Below, in pieces: positions 43,430 through 53,398 of a DNA stretch of 64,000 nucleotides. Each line of letters starts with the position of its first letter. The first letter of the stretch is position 1. The stretch spans positions 1,241,699-1,305,698 of the forward strand of contig CAVQEG010000001.1 of assembly GCA_963711465.1 (NCBI GenBank). The letters run 5' to 3'. Under the pieces are notes generated by a model. That model was not told the origin of the DNA. It saw only the letters and a program-made list of their open reading frames with translations, and did no database searches. A program made the translations under genes and the position numbers. The DNA comes from Chlorobiota bacterium (GTDB taxonomy: Bacteria; Bacteroidota; Ignavibacteria; OLB7).

Positions 43430-45128
43430 GGCACCACCATCGAGCGCGCTCGCCGCCACCGCTGCTCCTGCTGCTCCTGCTGCTCCGGAAGATCTGTCGT
43501 GGCTGCTTTCGCGGCGTACCCTCGTTCTGCTCCTGCTCTTCACATTCGTCGCGCTCGCGCCGATGCTGCTCATCGGATTCGTCAACGACGACGTCTCGAT
43601 GATTACGCTTGCCTTTCGCAATGGAGCGCCCGACCTCGCAGGATTATTTACGCGGGGTGCCGTGCATGACGGTGCCTATTACCGCCCGATCGTCGATCTC
43701 AGCTTCGCAATCGACTACGTGCTGTTCGGCTGGCATGCCTGGGGCTACCGGCTGACGAACCTCCTGCTGCATGTGTTGAACGTGGCGCTGGTATGGCAGC
43801 TGGGCCGTCGGTTGATTCCCTCGATGCCGGTCGCCGTGGTGCTTGGCACCGCGTTCTTTGCCGTGCATCCAATTCACGAGACGTCGCTGTACTGGATCGT
43901 CGGGCGTACCGACGTCATCTGCACTGCCTTCTATCTTGGTTCGATTCTTCTCTGGCTGCGCTGGCGGCGATCGGGACACCTGGCCGCCCGGGCGGGGTCG
44001 CTCCTGCTGTTCATGGGAGCGCTGCTGTCCAAGGAGATGGCGCTGTCGCTGCCGCTGGTGATCATGCTCCTCGGGTGGTGGATCGATCGAGACGATCCGT
44101 CGGTGGAATCAACGCCGCGGACCGTGCGCCGCTGGACGGCTCCGTTTGCCGATGCGATGCCGTTTGCCGCCCTTGCAGTGGGACTGATGCTGGTGCGGCT
44201 GGCGGCGTTCGACAACAACATGCTTGCGCTCGCACACGATCCGCAGGGCCCGCTGGTTCCGATCGAGATCGTCCGCAATTACATCGTCTTTTTCGGACTG
44301 CTGATAATTCCGACCGGCCATCGGCAGCTCGCAATCCAGCTCAGTGCGCATCCGCACGCGGTGTTCATTGGTGCGGCGATCGGGTTGATCGCGGCAATTG
44401 GCATTCTGTGGACCATTCGCCGCGCTCTTGCGCCGGCGGTGCTATTCCTCGGATTCATCGTTCTGACGATTCTGCCGGCAAGCCGGCTGTCGATGCGTTG
44501 GTATCTCTACCTGCCGTCAGTGGGGTTCTGCCTCGGGTTCGGCTGGCTCATCGCTCGAATTGCGTCACGAAGAACAACGCTCCTGGCGGGTATTGGCGCG
44601 GGGATCATCGGCTTCTACACGGTCATATCCGCAACGACGGCGCTCGAGTGGACCGGGGCCTCGCACTTGCACGCGCGTCTGCTCGACGATGTGGCGCGGC
44701 AGGCACAGCTCACCGGCCTCGATACGATCAGCTTCGCAACGATACCGGCGAAGGTGGGAACGACGCCGGTGATGAATCTGGGTCTTCCGCAGGCGCTGCG
44801 ACACCGGCTGGATCGGAAGGATTTGAACGTGGTGATTTATTCACGCGTCGAGATTCCGGCACGCGGCGCCCAGGTCCAATGGCAGATCGCCGACGCAATG
44901 CGCATGCGGGTCACCGAGGGTTCGTGGTTTCGGCTGTCGGTCCCCTCGCTGCTTCGGCATCGCGCGGTGGCCCAGGAGGGTGCACAGTACACGGATCCGC
45001 GCGCGGCGGTGCGAATCACGATGCTCGACCGCAATCACATGCCCATCGAGGTCGAAATCACGCCAACGTCGATGCCGACGAAGAACCTGTTCATCTTCGA
45101 CGGCCAGCGGATGGTGCGGGTGCGGTAG
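43422..45128 (+). CDS. Polytopic membrane glycosyltransferase, GT39/PMT-ArnT-like family
   Basis: N-terminal DD…YYRPIVDLSF…HAWGYRLTNLLLHVLN…FAVHPIHETS pattern is typical of bacterial GT39-like proteins. There are more than 10 TM helices, and its start overlaps the stop of the prenyl synthase gene. Confidence 0.5.
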   Translation: MPEAPPSSALAATAAPAAPAAPEDLSWLLSRRTLVLLLLFTFVALAPMLLIGFVNDDVSMITLAFRNGAPDLAGLFTRGAVHDGAYYRPIVDLSFAIDYVLFGWHAWGYRLTNLLLHVLNVALVWQLGRRLIPSMPVAVVLGTAFFAVHPIHETSLYWIVGRTDVICTAFYLGSILLWLRWRRSGHLAARAGSLLLFMGALLSKEMALSLPLVIMLLGWWIDRDDPSVESTPRTVRRWTAPFADAMPFAALAVGLMLVRLAAFDNNMLALAHDPQGPLVPIEIVRNYIVFFGLLIIPTGHRQLAIQLSAHPHAVFIGAAIGLIAAIGILWTIRRALAPAVLFLGFIVLTILPASRLSMRWYLYLPSVGFCLGFGWLIARIASRRTTLLAGIGAGIIGFYTVISATTALEWTGASHLHARLLDDVARQAQLTGLDTISFATIPAKVGTTPVMNLGLPQALRHRLDRKDLNVVIYSRVEIPARGAQVQWQIADAMRMRVTEGSWFRLSVPSLLRHRAVAQEGAQYTDPRAAVRITMLDRNHMPIEVEITPTSMPTKNLFIFDGQRMVRVR

Positions 45129-45134
45129 GACGGG

Positions 45135-45671
45135 CTATTTGTTCGTCTCGCCGTCCATTCCGGAAAGCACGCGATCGACGGGCTCCCAGAGCTCGATCTT
45201 GTTTCCATCGGGGTCCATGATGTGTACGAATTTCCCGTAATCGTACTCCTGAATCGAGTCCACGATCACCACGCCCGCTGCGCGGAGGTTCTCCACCATT
45301 GCCGCGAGATTCTGCACACGATAGTTGATCATGAACTGCTTCTGCGACGGCTCAAAGTAGTCGGTACTGTCGGGGAAGGGTGACCACTGCAGGTAGTTGA
45401 CCTCGTCGGGACGATCCGCGTTCCGGGTTTCGAACGTAGCGCCATATTCAGTGGTGGAAATACCGAGGTTCTCGGAATACCAGGTTCGAGTTGCCTCCGG
45501 ATCGCTCGATCGGAAAAAGATTCCACCAATTCCTGTAACTCGCGGCGTCGTATCACTCATGGCTGTATCGGTCGATTGAATTGTTCGTTTCGGTGTTTCG
45601 GCGTCGTTTGCCGAATTGCAGGCGGTCGCCGCCACCGCCGCGATCAGGATAGCGAGGGCCCACCTCCTCAT
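45135..45671 (-). CDS. VOC-family (glyoxalase/bleomycin-resistance fold) lipoprotein
   Basis: Lipoprotein signal (LIAAVAATAC). The VOC core reads GIGGIFFRSSDPEATRTWY…VHIMDPDGNKIELWE. Confidence 0.5.
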   Translation of the reverse strand: MRRWALAILIAAVAATACNSANDAETPKRTIQSTDTAMSDTTPRVTGIGGIFFRSSDPEATRTWYSENLGISTTEYGATFETRNADRPDEVNYLQWSPFPDSTDYFEPSQKQFMINYRVQNLAAMVENLRAAGVVIVDSIQEYDYGKFVHIMDPDGNKIELWEPVDRVLSGMDGETNK

Positions 45672-45841
45672 TGCATCGCCTCATCGATTTCGTGATGGGT
45701 ATCGGGCGAATCCGGTCATCGGACCGGGCCGTGCCGGGGAATGAATCAGCGGGACGGTGGGGGCGGATGTACGAGAACCGGGTTCCACCACGATGTGCTG
45801 GAACCCGGTTCGAGAGACGTCAACGGTGCAGTCCGCGACTG

Positions 45842-46321
45842 CTACGCGGTTGCAGCGGATTCGGCGCCGGCATCGGAAGTGTTTTGCGCGGCGGGGCCGG
45901 AGGTGAGCTCGCCGCCGGCCATCTCGATGATTTCGTCGTCGTAATGATCGGCAATTGCGGCTACGGTGAGGACGGTGGCGACGAACTCCTTGCGGGAGAG
46001 GTCACAACCGGGCAGCGTGTGGGAATAGACGATCGTATCGTCAAAGAGCAGCCCGAGCGCACCGAAATGCAGCTCGACGTTCTTCTGCAGCAGCCACCGC
46101 ATCGTCGACTCGGTAACGGTGGCTCCACTGACCAGGTGACTCGTGAATTCGACGGCGCTGTCGCCCTCGTACCACGGACGCACCGTGATGCTGACGACGG
46201 CCGATCCCTCCTCGACGGTGAATGTTCCGTCTTCGAACTCGACGAAATCCGGGTAGACCTCGGTCAGGTACTCACGCACCTGCTTGCGTGTCGACTCGAT
46301 CATTTCCTGTTGTTCAGCCAT
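45842..46321 (-). CDS. YbjN-domain-like cytoplasmic protein
   Basis: Weak pattern match to the YbjN / putative sensory-transduction-regulator fold. Length is 159 aa. Confidence 0.4.
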   Translation of the reverse strand: MAEQQEMIESTRKQVREYLTEVYPDFVEFEDGTFTVEEGSAVVSITVRPWYEGDSAVEFTSHLVSGATVTESTMRWLLQKNVELHFGALGLLFDDTIVYSHTLPGCDLSRKEFVATVLTVAAIADHYDDEIIEMAGGELTSGPAAQNTSDAGAESAATA

Positions 46322-46408
46322 GGTGTCTATCGTGTTTGAATGAGCAGATTCGTCTCGGAGCGCAGCATGGGCGACACGGGTCGCCCGCGGACAATCGGGA
46401 ACACAATC

Positions 46409-47116
46409 CTACGACTTCCCGCTTTCGGGAAGGGAGCCGGCCGATCCCGAGGATCCCTGACCGAGCTGCGCCTTGAGCGAGGCGAGTTCGTCATCCACGG
46501 CGGCACCGGCGCCGAGCTCCTTGAACTGATCTTCGAGCGCGGTGCTCTGTCCGGCGAGTTCGCCGAACGCCTCGGCCTCTGCCTCGGTCTTCTCCACCTT
46601 CTGCTCAAGCTTTTCGAACTTCGAGAACGCGTCGCTTCCGACGCCGGAGATCGACTGTGCGATCTGCTTCTTCGCTTTGGCCGCCTGCGAGCGCGCAATG
46701 AGCGTATTCTGTCGCATGCGCGCCTCGTCGAGCTTCGACTTCAGCTGCGAGAGCTGATCGCGAAGGGTATTGGAGGTGGTACGCGCCTCGGTGAGCATGC
46801 GTTCGAAATCGCTGACGTTCTTCTGCAGCGTATTCTTCCGTTCCAGCGCCTGGCGGGCGAGATCGTCACGGCCGGCGTTGACGGCCTGAACGGCCTTCTG
46901 CTGCCAGTCCTCCATCTGCGCCTTGTTGCGGTTGTAGTTCCGCTCGAGCTGTTTTTCGTTGGCAATTGCCTGGCCGACGGCGATGGTCGACTTGTTGACC
47001 GCCTCCTCCATTTCGAGCACCATCTGCTTGATCATCTTTTCGGGGTCCTCAGACCGATCAAGCAGGTCGTTGATGTTCGCTTTGAATATGTCGGTCATCC
47101 GCGCGAAGATTCCCAT
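46409..47116 (-). CDS. pspA: PspA/IM30 family protein (phage-shock protein A-like)
   Basis: MGIFARMTDIFKANINDLLDRSEDPEKMIKQMVLEMEEA is the canonical PspA N-terminus, followed by long coiled-coil heptads. Confidence 0.75.
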   Translation of the reverse strand: MGIFARMTDIFKANINDLLDRSEDPEKMIKQMVLEMEEAVNKSTIAVGQAIANEKQLERNYNRNKAQMEDWQQKAVQAVNAGRDDLARQALERKNTLQKNVSDFERMLTEARTTSNTLRDQLSQLKSKLDEARMRQNTLIARSQAAKAKKQIAQSISGVGSDAFSKFEKLEQKVEKTEAEAEAFGELAGQSTALEDQFKELGAGAAVDDELASLKAQLGQGSSGSAGSLPESGKS

Positions 47117-47183
47117 GATCGCTACCCTGGTCGTTATTCGAGTGGTAATGGGCTGCCGCCCTGTTCAGAATCCTGTGAATTGA

Positions 47184-47810
47184 TTACTCCGAAGCCGTCT
47201 CCTCTGCCGGCCCGAGTTCCACCAGTCGCGTCCCCTTTTCAACGGCGGATCCGGCACGCGTAAAAATTCGCTGCACGCGCAACCGCGCGGGGGACTTGAT
47301 TTCATTCTCCATTTTCATCGCCTCGAGAATGCAGAGCGACGCACCCTTCGGCACCACCTCACCCTCCTCGACGAGCACCTGCTTGAGCATCCCCGGCATC
47401 GGCGCAACGACGGTGTGAGCCGAGGTCGCGGCGGTTGCCGAGGTGCGCCGCAGCGCGGCCAGTCGCTCATCGTGTTCGGTTCGAACGCGAACGGCGAAGA
47501 CCTCTCCGCGCAGAAAGACCGTGTAGGTGTGGGGTTCCTCACCCTGCTCGACGTAGATCGGAAGTTCCAGCCCGTCGGAGGTCCTGCCGCTGAAGGTGCG
47601 GAGAGACCCGCGTTCGTCGATCACGGGCGATTCTTCGACCCCCTCGATGTCGATCTGCTCTTCGGTCACGCCGACCGAAAGTTTCATACCGGCGATCTCG
47701 ACGCTGTAGCGCCGTGTCGGCTCATTCATGGGAGGCATTTGGATGCGTTCGGGGGCGGCCGTCGCGGGCGAGGTCCGGTCCGCTGGTGCAGTCTCCGCGG
47801 CCCGTACCAC
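47184..47810 (-). CDS. Biotin-carrier (biotinyl/lipoyl attachment) protein of a carboxylase/decarboxylase
   Basis: C-terminal EAMKMENEIKSP biotinylation motif. The N-terminal extension is Y.V.I.G…V type. The start is uncertain, with Met codons at several positions. Confidence 0.6.
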   Translation of the reverse strand: MVRAAETAPADRTSPATAAPERIQMPPMNEPTRRYSVEIAGMKLSVGVTEEQIDIEGVEESPVIDERGSLRTFSGRTSDGLELPIYVEQGEEPHTYTVFLRGEVFAVRVRTEHDERLAALRRTSATAATSAHTVVAPMPGMLKQVLVEEGEVVPKGASLCILEAMKMENEIKSPARLRVQRIFTRAGSAVEKGTRLVELGPAEETASE

Positions 47811-47867
47811 ACCGACGTGCGGAACGGACGGCGATGAAGAGGGCTAACTTAGCCAATCCGACCCATC

Positions 47868-49445
47868 GTGACAACGATTCCACCTTCCGGCCGCTCCCTG
47901 CGGGCGCGAAATGCATTGGAACGCGACGCACGGCCATCGCTGGGTATGTTGCCCCGATCCATGCTTCGAAACCCCGCATACCGTCCCTCGCTCAAGTCCG
48001 GTTCCGACACACAATCGAACCCATCGCCGGCCGAGGTCGGTCGCATCGCAACGACGGCTGCCGAGCCGCCGCCTGCCGGCGCTCGTCGCCGAGGCACCAC
48101 CGGCTCACCCGACCTGCTCAACGGACCGATCTCCCCGACGCTCTGGCGACTGGCCATGCCGCTGGTCCTTGGCTTCGTGATCAACGCCGTCTACTCCTGG
48201 ACCGATACGTATTTCGTCTCGCGACTGGGCGACGCGGCCATCGCGGCGGTGGGATTCAGTGACCAGATCAACTTCGTGCTCTTCACCCTCGGCTCCGGCT
48301 TCGCCATCGGCACCGGGATCGTCGTGGCCCGTCGTATCGGTGAAGGCCGACGCTGGGCCGCGTCGCTGATCGCCACCCGTGCCTACTCGTTCATGGCGGT
48401 CTATGCCACCGTCGCTGCAGGACTGCTCTACCTCGTGCTGCCCCATGTGTTCCGCCTGCTCGGACTCAGTGGTCAAACGCTGGCAATGACGAACGCCTAC
48501 ATGCTGACGCTGCTCATCGGGTTCCCTGCCAATCTCCTGATGTTCCAGGCCAACGCATCGGTACGCTCGACGGGGGATACGGTGTTTCCGATGGCGGTCC
48601 TGATCATTTCGGCAGTATCGAACCTCGCGGTCGATCCCGTGCTCATTTTCGGACTCCTGGGATTTCCCGCGCTTGGAATTACCGGTGCGGCTATTTCGAC
48701 GTCGATTGCCCAGTGGCTCGGCGCGGCAATCAGCAGCTACGCGCTCTACACGGGCCGGCTCAATTTGAAGCTCTATCGCCCGACGCTCCGATTCGACTGG
48801 GACACGATCGGCCAGATATTCCGCATCGGCGTGCCGTCGTCTCTGCAGACTCTGGCCGTCAGCTCTTCACGCGTTCTGATGCTCACCATCGCCAATCTGT
48901 TCGGTACTGCGGCGGTGGCGGCCTATTCGATCGGAATCAAGGTGGACATCCTGGTGTTCATGCCCATTTTTGCCACGTCAATTGCCATCGAAACGCTCGT
49001 CAGTCAGAACATCGGCGCGGGACAGTTTCACCGCGTGAAGAAATTCCGGGCGGTGGCCATCCGCCAGCTCGGCGTGGTGACGATCGCGATGGGCTCGCTC
49101 ATCTATGTGTTCGCCACACAGATTGCGCACATATTCACGACGAACGCGGACGCCGTCGCCTATACGGTCGGGTACATGCACGTGGTCGTCTTCGGCTACG
49201 TGTTCTTCGTCATAGGCGGCACCGGCATGCGATCGCTCTCGGGTGCCGGGCATGCCACGCGATCGATGCTCATCGTCGTCGCAGTGCTCCTCGTCTGCCA
49301 GGTACCTCTGGCGTGGGTTCTGTCGCGCGGCACCTCGCTCGGGATCAGCGGCCTGTATTTTGCGGTGGTTATTTCCTATGTCATCTACGCAATTGTCGGT
49401 TCGCTGGCAGTCCGGGGCGACCGATGGATGATCAAGAGAGTCTGA
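47868..49445 (+). CDS. MATE-family efflux transporter
   Basis: 12 TM helices and typical MATE N-terminal LWRLAMPLVLGFVINAVYSWTDTYFVSRLG. The true start may be the downstream Met at ~47946. Confidence 0.75.
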   Translation: MTTIPPSGRSLRARNALERDARPSLGMLPRSMLRNPAYRPSLKSGSDTQSNPSPAEVGRIATTAAEPPPAGARRRGTTGSPDLLNGPISPTLWRLAMPLVLGFVINAVYSWTDTYFVSRLGDAAIAAVGFSDQINFVLFTLGSGFAIGTGIVVARRIGEGRRWAASLIATRAYSFMAVYATVAAGLLYLVLPHVFRLLGLSGQTLAMTNAYMLTLLIGFPANLLMFQANASVRSTGDTVFPMAVLIISAVSNLAVDPVLIFGLLGFPALGITGAAISTSIAQWLGAAISSYALYTGRLNLKLYRPTLRFDWDTIGQIFRIGVPSSLQTLAVSSSRVLMLTIANLFGTAAVAAYSIGIKVDILVFMPIFATSIAIETLVSQNIGAGQFHRVKKFRAVAIRQLGVVTIAMGSLIYVFATQIAHIFTTNADAVAYTVGYMHVVVFGYVFFVIGGTGMRSLSGAGHATRSMLIVVAVLLVCQVPLAWVLSRGTSLGISGLYFAVVISYVIYAIVGSLAVRGDRWMIKRV

Positions 49446-49476
49446 TCGAATCTCATTCAACATTCCTGATGCAATC

Positions 49477-50352
49477 ATGCCGACACGACGAATTGGATCG
49501 ACGCAATACGAGGTAAACGAAATCGGATTCGGCGCCATGCACCTGTCGATCGATCGGCAGAAGCGACCGGACGAGGACGAATCGGTCGCGATGATTCGAC
49601 GCGCAGTCGACGAGCTCGGACTCGACTTCATCGACACGGCCGACGCTTATTGTGCCGACGACTCCGAGACGGGTCACAACGAACGCCTCGTTTGCCGTGC
49701 ACTCGAGGGCGGGCGGCGCGATCGCGTGGTCGTGGCGACCAAGGGAGGCAGTATTCGCCCGGGCGGTCGATGGGAGCGCCTTGGCACTCCGGAGCATCTT
49801 CGCGACGCATGCGAGGCGAGTCTGCGTTCACTGGGCGTGGAGCGAATTCAGCTCTACCAGCTGCACGCACCCGATCCTGACGTTCCCATCGAGGAGAGCG
49901 CCGGCGCACTGGCCGAATTGCAGCGCGAGGGAAAAATTGAACACATCGGATTGTCCAACGTCACGGTTGCGCAGATCGGCCGCGCAATGAAGGAGGCAAC
50001 CATCGTCTCCGTCCAGAATCGATTCTCGGTATTGAGGACCAATTCCCAGGAAGCGGTGATTGAATTCTGCGAGGACAATGAGATGGCGTTCCTTCCGTGG
50101 AATCCCGTTGGCGGACGTGGCGACGCTCCCCACCTCGATACGATTTCGCTTGCGCTCGGTGACATCGGACGGTCGCACGACGTGCCTCCGCACGTGATTG
50201 CGCTCGCCTGGCTTCTGCAGCGATCAGCGTCGATCATTCCGATTCCAGGCACGAGGAAATTCGACCATCTGGCCGAGGATATGATGGCCTCCGAAGTGGA
50301 ACTCACGGGTGAGGAACTCGATCGGCTGGATCGGGAAGCGGTTTCCTCCTGA
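49477..50352 (+). CDS. Aldo/keto reductase
   Basis: IGFGAMHLS…FIDTADAY…GLSNV AKR motifs. Confidence 0.8.
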   Translation: MPTRRIGSTQYEVNEIGFGAMHLSIDRQKRPDEDESVAMIRRAVDELGLDFIDTADAYCADDSETGHNERLVCRALEGGRRDRVVVATKGGSIRPGGRWERLGTPEHLRDACEASLRSLGVERIQLYQLHAPDPDVPIEESAGALAELQREGKIEHIGLSNVTVAQIGRAMKEATIVSVQNRFSVLRTNSQEAVIEFCEDNEMAFLPWNPVGGRGDAPHLDTISLALGDIGRSHDVPPHVIALAWLLQRSASIIPIPGTRKFDHLAEDMMASEVELTGEELDRLDREAVSS

Positions 50353-51271
50353 GATCTGAACGAAGCACCCAAACTGTACGACGCACCGGCTCGCACCATC
50401 GGCGGGCCGCGTGCGTTCGTGCCATTGACTGAGCAATTGAATTTATTTGCCTGTCATCTTGCGGCCGGCCATTCCGGTGGCGTAGATTGAGCCCGAGCTG
50501 ACCACCACAGCCAACGCAATCGATTCCAAAGGACTTCACCGGAGCGGGTCACTCCCGTTCAATTCGTTCACCAACGGCCATGAACCACCACGACATCGAG
50601 GAAATTGCATCGCGTATTGGCATCGGAGATCTGCTTATGATGCTCCTGCGCTCGGTTTTGAACAACGGTCGAATGTCGGTGGCTCGATGTTCCGCCGGCA
50701 TCGTCAACGACGCCGTTACCAGCGTTTCCCGGGTACTTGTCGTTTCGCCTCAGCGCTCGGCTTCTGGTCCGGTCCTGTCGACGGACGTGGAATACCGAAC
50801 GGGCACGGCAGGTCACGGTTCAGAAGCCCGGATGTAGTGAGGTGAACACGTCGATCCTGCGGAACGTTGCGGACGGCAACGAACTGAGAGAGAGAAGTCT
50901 GTTGTCCTGAGGGAGAGAGGCGGCGGGGCGGGCGCATGCTACGACCCATTGCTTCCACCCCGCTGCCCTCAGGACAGGTTCGAGCTGGTGATGCATCGAT
51001 CTGAGAAACGTCCGACGATTCCGGCGGATCGTCGTATCTCGACGGTCACCGTGTCCGATGTACGAGTCGTTCGATGAAAGCCACGCTGGCGCACGAGTGA
51101 GACGTTCCCGGGGGTATAGTACGATTGGCTCTCGAATTCGGGTGGGGGCACTCGCGGGACCCGCGGTTGGCTCGATCGAATCTCCCCGAGTGCTCCTGCG
51201 GTACGATGCCGACCGCCCGTCAGCGCGCGTGCCCCGTGGGGAGCATGGGACGAGCAGCGGACGTGCACGGA

Positions 51272-52252
51272 CTAGGTGGCCGCCGCGCGGGAGACACGAT
51301 CGAGGAGACCCGGCGGCAGTTCGTCCGGTTCGGCATAGATGAGGATGAGCGCGGCCAGTTCGGACTCGGCACGGCGAAGCTCGGCATAGAGCGTCTCGGC
51401 CTTCAACAGGCGCACCCTTGCACCGGTGAATTTCGCAGCATGGCGTTCGGTCGTCAGCACGACGGTGTGGACGTCGACGACGGGTATATGGCGGGAGAGT
51501 TCCAGACGGACCGGCACCTCGGGTGCGTAGTGTCGGTGGCGCGTACCGGGCGAGGCGACGGTGCGGCGATCACCTTCTTGTGCAATAACGGGCATCGCTC
51601 CCAGTACGGCGGCAATGGCTTCCGGTGTCGTCGCGCCCGGTCGCAGAATCGCCGGCTCCCCTCCGCTCAGGTCGACCACCGTCGATTCGATGCCGACCCG
51701 ACATGCGCCGCCGTCGAGTATCCCTGCAATCCGTCCGCCAAGGTCCGCCATTACGTGCGCCGCCGTCGTTGGACTAGGTCGACCCGACCGGTTCGCCGAC
51801 GGCGCTACCAGCGGTCCTGTGATCCCAAGCAGTGCGCGCGCCACCGGGTGGTCCGGTACGCGAACCGCCACCGTCGGAAGTCCCGCCCGGGCCGTCAGCG
51901 GAACCTCGTCCCGAGCCGCGATCACCAGCGTCAGCGGTCCCGGCATGAACGCCGCCGCCAGCGCCCGAACTCGTGCGTCGGAACGTCCGCACCGCTCGAT
52001 CTGAGACGGATCGGCCAGGTGCACGATCAGCGGATTGTCCGACGGCCGCCCCTTCGCCACATACACGCGTGCGATCGCTTCGGCATCGAACGCGTCGGCT
52101 CCCAGCCCGTAGACCGTTTCCGTCGGAAACGCTACCAGCCGACCCGAGCACAGCAGTCGGGCCGCAGCCTCGATCGCCGCGGCACGGCCTTCACCCGTCG
52201 TCGCATCCAGGAACCTCGTCGTCACTGCTTCACCGACTGTGTCGTTGTGCAC
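51272..52252 (-). CDS. tsaC: L-threonylcarbamoyladenylate synthase (Sua5/TsaC with Sua5 C-terminal domain)
   Basis: FPTETVYGLGADA…NPLIVH…SANRSGRPSPT motifs. Length is 326 aa. Confidence 0.8.
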   Translation of the reverse strand: MHNDTVGEAVTTRFLDATTGEGRAAAIEAAARLLCSGRLVAFPTETVYGLGADAFDAEAIARVYVAKGRPSDNPLIVHLADPSQIERCGRSDARVRALAAAFMPGPLTLVIAARDEVPLTARAGLPTVAVRVPDHPVARALLGITGPLVAPSANRSGRPSPTTAAHVMADLGGRIAGILDGGACRVGIESTVVDLSGGEPAILRPGATTPEAIAAVLGAMPVIAQEGDRRTVASPGTRHRHYAPEVPVRLELSRHIPVVDVHTVVLTTERHAAKFTGARVRLLKAETLYAELRRAESELAALILIYAEPDELPPGLLDRVSRAAAT

Positions 52253-52343
52253 ATTGCTTTGCAGTCAGCTGCTGCCGTCGTAACTTCAGGGTCTTTGGGA
52301 AAATTCCACGTATCTAGCGACACGATTCATACAGAGGAATTCG

Positions 52344-52574
52344 ATGGCACGCCGCTGTGAACTCACGGGGACTGGTCCGGTCTACGGAAGCAGCATCTCG
52401 CATGCGCACAACGTCTCCAACCGACGCTTCATGCCGAACCTGCAGAAGAAGCGCATCTGGCTCGAAGACGAGAAGCGATGGATCACCGTCAAGGCGACGG
52501 CCAAAGCGCTCAAGACGCTGGACAAGAAGGGATACAAGGCGATGATCAAGGAGCTCGAGGCGAAGAGCCGCTGA
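52344..52574 (+). CDS. rpmB: 50S ribosomal protein L28
   Basis: MARRCELTGTGPVYGSSISHAHNVSNRRFMPNLQKK matches L28. Confidence 0.9.
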   Translation: MARRCELTGTGPVYGSSISHAHNVSNRRFMPNLQKKRIWLEDEKRWITVKATAKALKTLDKKGYKAMIKELEAKSR

Positions 52575-52603
52575 GCGATCGACGCCAATGAAGATGGTTG
52601 CGT

Positions 52604-52641
52604 GACGCCCGGAACCCGCGAGGGTCGTCCGGGCGTTTTCG
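52604..52641 (+). terminator. rpmB rho-independent terminator
   Basis: GACGCCCGGA-acccgcgagggtcg-TCCGGGCGT followed by TTTCG. Confidence 0.6.
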
Positions 52642-52737
52642 TATCATCGCCGCGGTCTGCCGTCCTCACATCGACGTGCGGCAGCTATCATGGTGCACCG
52701 TGAACGTTCGTTTCCGCCGCGCAGTGCGGACCGCAGC

Positions 52738-53385
52738 ATGCCGTCGCTCGAGCAGATCATCTCGTGGCTCAGGGACCTGCCGCCCATCGGAGTGTATGTG
52801 GCCCTGTGGTTCACCACGTACATCGAGAACGTCTTCCCTCCCTCGCCCTCCGACGCTGTGATGCTCTTCATCGCCACGCTGATCGGAATCGGCACCATCG
52901 GCCTCGTTCCGGCAATTGCCGTAGCCACCGTCGGAAGCGTGAGCGGCTTCATGACCGCGTTCTGGATCGGTCGCCGCTATGGCCGCCGAATCGTCCGCTC
53001 CGAGAGGCTGCCGTTCGTGACTCCGGAAGCACTCACCAAGGTGGACGCATGGTTCGACCGCTGGGGGTACTGGGTCATCGTCGCCAATCGCTTCCTTTCC
53101 GGTACCCGCGCGGTCATCAGTTTCTTTGCCGGACTCTCCCGACTGCGCCTCGACATCACCACCCTGCTGTGTACGATTTCCGCTCTGATCTGGAACATCC
53201 TGATCATCGTTGCCGGCTGGCAGCTTGGAAGCAATTGGCGGGAAGCCGAGTCGGTGATCCGCAACTACGGACTCGTGGTAACGCTGGTCATCGCGGCGGT
53301 GGCGCTGTTCTTCTTCATCCGATGGCTCGTTCGACGCAACCAGCATGCTTCCGGCGAACGGAACGATGGAGACGGGACGGACTGA
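52738..53385 (+). CDS. DedA/SNARE-associated family membrane protein
   Basis: VYVALWFTTYIENVFPPSPSDAVMLF…GRRIV and a later RF…G.R motif. The start is taken at the internal Met (MPSLEQ), 48 nt inside the ORF. Confidence 0.65.
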   Translation: MPSLEQIISWLRDLPPIGVYVALWFTTYIENVFPPSPSDAVMLFIATLIGIGTIGLVPAIAVATVGSVSGFMTAFWIGRRYGRRIVRSERLPFVTPEALTKVDAWFDRWGYWVIVANRFLSGTRAVISFFAGLSRLRLDITTLLCTISALIWNILIIVAGWQLGSNWREAESVIRNYGLVVTLVIAAVALFFFIRWLVRRNQHASGERNDGDGTD

Positions 53386-53398
53386 CGCTGCTGGCCGA

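Noticed and set aside
42467-43621. 384-aa minus-strand ORF
   Set aside because: Antisense to the polyprenyl synthase gene.
51100-51190. tRNA-like impression (GGGGGTATAGTACGATTGGCTC… …CTCGATCGAATCTCCCCGAG)
   Set aside because: No cloverleaf can be drawn. The T-arm consensus GGTTCGAATCC is absent and the spacing of the D- and T-like motifs is wrong. This is probably a chance resemblance, and no tRNA or rRNA genes were recognised anywhere in the window.
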